From assembly GCF_016908375.1 (NCBI RefSeq), contig NZ_JAFBDS010000001.1:381142-405141 (forward strand): a stretch of DNA of 24,000 bases, in the 5' to 3' direction. Both the position numbers and the translations under genes were made by a program. The DNA comes from Amphibacillus cookii. GTDB taxonomy: Bacteria > Bacillota > Bacilli > Bacillales > Amphibacillaceae. Below the pieces are notes generated by a model. The model did no database searches. It was not told the DNA's origin and saw only the letters and a list, made by a program, of their open reading frames with translations. This document shows, in pieces, positions 16,846 through 24,000 of the stretch. Numbering within the stretch: position 1 is the stretch's first letter; the number at the start of each line of letters is the position of its first letter.

Positions 16846-17874
16846 ATGCCGACGCTAATTGATTTGCAAAAATTACTATGCCCCGATCTACTTGAAGTCA
16901 TGCTAAGACGTTACCAAATCCTACACACAATACAACTGCTAGAGCCGATTGGGAGACGTAGCTTATCAGAACAAATTGATTTGAAAGAACGTGTTGTTCG
17001 TAGTGAATTAGACTATTTAACACAACAAGGTATGCTGGTTGTTAGTACAAAAGGTGTTTCTTTAACCGCAACGGGTAGAGAAATTATGATGGAATTAACA
17101 TCATACGTTGAAGAAATTAACGATTTCCGTGTATTAGAAAATCAAATCAAGCAGACATTAAACCTTGATCATGTTATAATTACTCCCGGGGACAGCGATA
17201 AGCAAGAATGGGTTAAACATGATTTAGGGCGTAGAGCGATAGATTTCTTACAATCGCGTCTTACCCCACATGCAACCGTTGCTGTAACAGGCGGAACATC
17301 AATGGCAGCTGCAGCTATGATGATGAAACCTATGGTCAAGACGGTGAATTGCATGTTTGTTCCGGCTAGAGGTGGTTTAGGAGAGCGCGTTGAGAATCAG
17401 GCGAACACGATTTGTGCTGAGATGGCTAAGAAAGTACATGGCGATTACCGACTGCTTTATGTGCCAGACCCTTTGAGTGAAGAAACCTATCATTCAATTA
17501 TTCAAGAGCCTGGTGTTAAGGAAATTTTACATATCATTAGACAAGCAGATATTGTCATGCACGGCATTGGTGATGCAATAACAATGGCCAAACGTCGCAA
17601 AGCGACCAATGATGTTTTAGCAAAGTTACAATCGGGTAAAGCAGTAAGTGAGGCTTTTGGCTATTATTTTGATCGATATGGCCAAGTGGTCTATAAAGTT
17701 CGAACCGTAGGTATGCAATTGGAAGATTTGTCAAAGATAAGAACAGTAATTGCGATAGCTGGTGGGGAATCTAAGGCTAAAGCAATTGATTCCTATTTTA
17801 GACAAGGAAAAAGTAATGTCCTCATTACTGATGAGGCTGCAGCAAAAGCGTTAATAAAGGGATTTTCCCTTTAA
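16846..17874 (+). CDS. cggR: Central glycolytic genes regulator CggR
   Basis: MPTLIDLQKLLCPDLLEVMLRRYQILHTI...SLSEQIDLKERVVRSELDYLTQQGML (HTH) and a SorC-type sugar-binding domain (VAVTGGTSMAAAA...). Located directly upstream of gap. Confidence 0.96.
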   Translation: MPTLIDLQKLLCPDLLEVMLRRYQILHTIQLLEPIGRRSLSEQIDLKERVVRSELDYLTQQGMLVVSTKGVSLTATGREIMMELTSYVEEINDFRVLENQIKQTLNLDHVIITPGDSDKQEWVKHDLGRRAIDFLQSRLTPHATVAVTGGTSMAAAAMMMKPMVKTVNCMFVPARGGLGERVENQANTICAEMAKKVHGDYRLLYVPDPLSEETYHSIIQEPGVKEILHIIRQADIVMHGIGDAITMAKRRKATNDVLAKLQSGKAVSEAFGYYFDRYGQVVYKVRTVGMQLEDLSKIRTVIAIAGGESKAKAIDSYFRQGKSNVLITDEAAAKALIKGFSL

Positions 17875-17907
17875 ATAAATTTATGTAAACATAAGGAGGA
17901 AACAAGA

Positions 17908-18909
17908 ATGACTGTAAAAGTAGGTATTAATGGTTTTGGTCGTATTGGCCGCTTGGCTTTCCGTCGTATTCAAGAAGTAGAAGGGATTGAAGTAGTAGCG
18001 GTTAACGATTTAACTGATGCTAACATGCTCGCTCATTTGCTTAAATATGATACTACACAAGGACCTTTTAAAGGTGATGTTGATGTAAAAGATGGTTACT
18101 TTACTGTTAACGGTAAAGATGTAAAAATCCTTTCAAACCGTAACCCTGAAGAATTACCATGGGGAGACTTAGGTGTAGAAATCGTATTAGAATGTACTGG
18201 TTTCTTTGCTTCTAAAGAAAAAGCTGAGCTTCACCTTAAAGGTGGCGCGAAACGTGTCGTAATCTCTGCTCCAGGTGGTAATGATGTACCAACAGTTGTT
18301 TACAATGTAAACCATGACATTTTAACAGGTGAAGAAACAGTAATTTCTGGTGCTTCTTGTACCACTAACTGTTTAGCTCCTATGGCTAACGTTCTTCATA
18401 AAGACTTTGGTATTGTTGAAGGTCTTATGACAACTATCCATGCCTTTACTGGTGACCAAAATACATTAGATGCACCACACCCTAAAGGTGACTATCGTCG
18501 TGCGCGTGCTGCATCTCAAAATATCATTCCTAATACTACGGGTGCTGCTAAAGCAATTGGTCTTGTTATCCCTGAATTAAATGGAAAATTAGATGGTGCT
18601 GCACAACGTGTTCCTGTTGCTACAGGTTCATTAACTGAATTAGTAACCGTCTTAGATAAAGAAGTAACTGCTGATGAAGTTAATGCAGCAATGAAAAAAG
18701 CAGCGGACGAATCTTACGGGTATACTGAAGATCAAATCGTTTCTTCAGATATTATCGGTATGACTTATGGTTCGCTATTTGATGCTACACAAACTAAAGT
18801 AATGAGTGTAGATGGTAAACAATTAGTGAAAACTGTTTCTTGGTATGATAACGAAATGTCTTACACTGCACAGCTTGTGCGCACACTAGAATACTTTGCT
18901 AAATTATAA
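17908..18909 (+). CDS. gap: Glyceraldehyde-3-phosphate dehydrogenase, type I
   Basis: [30 protein letters not shown] and [24 protein letters not shown]. Confidence 0.98.
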   Translation: MTVKVGINGFGRIGRLAFRRIQEVEGIEVVAVNDLTDANMLAHLLKYDTTQGPFKGDVDVKDGYFTVNGKDVKILSNRNPEELPWGDLGVEIVLECTGFFASKEKAELHLKGGAKRVVISAPGGNDVPTVVYNVNHDILTGEETVISGASCTTNCLAPMANVLHKDFGIVEGLMTTIHAFTGDQNTLDAPHPKGDYRRARAASQNIIPNTTGAAKAIGLVIPELNGKLDGAAQRVPVATGSLTELVTVLDKEVTADEVNAAMKKAADESYGYTEDQIVSSDIIGMTYGSLFDATQTKVMSVDGKQLVKTVSWYDNEMSYTAQLVRTLEYFAKL

Positions 18910-18949
18910 TTCAACATTATAATTAGTTAAATCTGATAGTAATAACAGT

Positions 18950-18979
18950 CAAGCGGGAAGCGATCGCGCTTCCCGCTTG
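18950..18979 (+). terminator. Intercistronic hairpin gap-pgk (attenuator/3'-stabiliser)
   Basis: CAAGCGGGAAGCG-atcg-CGCTTCCCGCTTG followed by TTGTTTTTAAATTT. Confidence 0.75.
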
Positions 18980-19013
18980 TTGTTTTTAAATTTATCTAAT
19001 GGAGGATTATGAA

Positions 19014-20204
19014 ATGGCGAAAAAAGTTGTAACTGATTTAGATGTAACAGGAAAAAAAGTACTTGTACGTGCAGACTTTAATGTCCCGATGAAAGATGGA
19101 AATATTACCAATGATGATCGTATTGTTCAGGCCCTTCCAACCATTAAACATTTAATTTCTGAAGGGGCTAAAGTTATTCTTTTCTCACACTTAGGCCGTG
19201 TGGCTGAAGAAGCAGATAAGGAAGGCAAATCATTAAAACCTGTTGCCGATCGTTTAGGTGAATTATTAGCTCAAGATGTCACATTTGTTAGTGAAACAAG
19301 AGGAGCAAAACTTGAAAGCGCGATTGACAATTTAGCCAATGGCGATGTTTTAATGTTTGAAAACACGCGTTTTGAAGACATCGACGGTAAAAAAGAAAGC
19401 AAAAATGATCCTGAATTAGGGAAGTACTGGGCAAGCCTTGGCGATTTATTTGTTAACGATGCGTTTGGTACAGCCCACCGTGCACATGCTTCTAATGTTG
19501 GAATAGCGTCTAATTTAGAATCAGCTGCAGGTTTTCTCATGGAGAAAGAAATTAAATTCATTGGAGAATCCGTTGATAATCCTACACGCCCATTTGTAGC
19601 GATATTGGGTGGGGCTAAAGTAAGTGATAAAATCGGTGTTATTGAAAACCTCCTTGAAAAAGCTGATAAGGTAATTATTGGTGGAGGTATGTCTTATACT
19701 TTCTTCAAAGCACAAGGAAAAGAAATTGGAACATCACTACTTGAAGCTGACAAAGTAGATTTAGCCAAAACGTTATTAGAGCGAGCAGGCGGTAAGATTG
19801 TTTTACCTGTAGATGCAATGATTAATAAAGAATTCTCTAATGACGGTGACATTAAAGCTGTTTCAGTAGATGAAATTCCAGCAGACCAAATGGGATTAGA
19901 CATTGGTCCAGAATCGATTAAGCAATTTGAACAGGAATTAACAGGTGCAAAAACAGTCGTTTGGAACGGGCCTATGGGTGTGTTTGAAATGTCTAATTTT
20001 GCCAAAGGAACAATCGGTGTTTGTGAATCCATTGCTAATTTAGATGATGCAACAACGATTATTGGTGGTGGTGACTCAGCTGCTGCTGCCATGCAACTAG
20101 GTTTTGCGGAAAAATTCTCACATATTTCTACTGGTGGTGGGGCATCATTAGAATATTTAGAAGGTAAAGAGTTACCTGGACTAGCAGCGATTAGTAACAA
20201 ATAA
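19014..20204 (+). CDS. pgk: Phosphoglycerate kinase
   Basis: [31 protein letters not shown]-like region and GGGDSAAAA. Start at 19014 after GGAGG (the track start at 18999 overlaps the RBS). Confidence 0.97.
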   Translation: MAKKVVTDLDVTGKKVLVRADFNVPMKDGNITNDDRIVQALPTIKHLISEGAKVILFSHLGRVAEEADKEGKSLKPVADRLGELLAQDVTFVSETRGAKLESAIDNLANGDVLMFENTRFEDIDGKKESKNDPELGKYWASLGDLFVNDAFGTAHRAHASNVGIASNLESAAGFLMEKEIKFIGESVDNPTRPFVAILGGAKVSDKIGVIENLLEKADKVIIGGGMSYTFFKAQGKEIGTSLLEADKVDLAKTLLERAGGKIVLPVDAMINKEFSNDGDIKAVSVDEIPADQMGLDIGPESIKQFEQELTGAKTVVWNGPMGVFEMSNFAKGTIGVCESIANLDDATTIIGGGDSAAAAMQLGFAEKFSHISTGGGASLEYLEGKELPGLAAISNK

Positions 20205-20285
20205 TCCCCAAAACATGAATGAATTTGTATGTTTTAATTAAAATATTTATGCGTTCTTAACTAAGACGTCTAATATTTTTAATAA

Positions 20286-22600
<2,315 letters not shown>

Positions 22601-22622
22601 TAATTTATTTTAAATAAAATGA

Positions 22623-23933
<1,311 letters not shown>

Positions 23934-24000
23934 GTTATAGACGTGAAAAAGTCTAATTGATCATTTATGATTTTCTCTGAATGAATGCTAGACAAACATA

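Noticed and set aside
16659-16862. 67-aa ORF between ldh and cggR
   Set aside because: It runs through the promoter and CggR operator. No RBS, and an implausible protein.

Overview
This 24 kb window is chromosomal DNA from a low-GC, endospore-forming Bacillaceae-type Firmicute. An alpha/beta-type SASP gene, an IDEAL-domain protein, MsmX, CggR and CtsR-like signals support that. The gene content is mostly ordinary housekeeping. On the left are an azlC tail with azlD, a CDF cation transporter, an IDEAL-domain protein, a VanY-like carboxypeptidase, fumC, a SASP, msmX with a PucR-type regulator, tRNA-Arg(CCG) and clpP. In the middle are yheA, two related tiny charged proteins, a Cys-rich four-helix-bundle (Csp-like) protein, a PAP2 phosphatase, and an M-box riboswitch with mgtE. 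On the right are a 5'-truncated IS4-type transposase, ldh, and the complete glycolytic operon cggR-gap-pgk-tpi-gpmI-eno. I saw no defence system, CRISPR array or clearly new enzymatic system. The best candidate for something undescribed is a family of dispersed structured intergenic repeats, with five copies in about 14 kb. They share a head of the form TTTATCACAGATAACnGTCnGTAAAA, and some carry a variable tandem-hairpin body. All five copies point their head toward the 5' end of a neighbouring gene. Two other non-coding elements next to the transposase remnant also look structured: a 136-nt element with short terminal inverted repeats and a ~190-nt hairpin-rich element.
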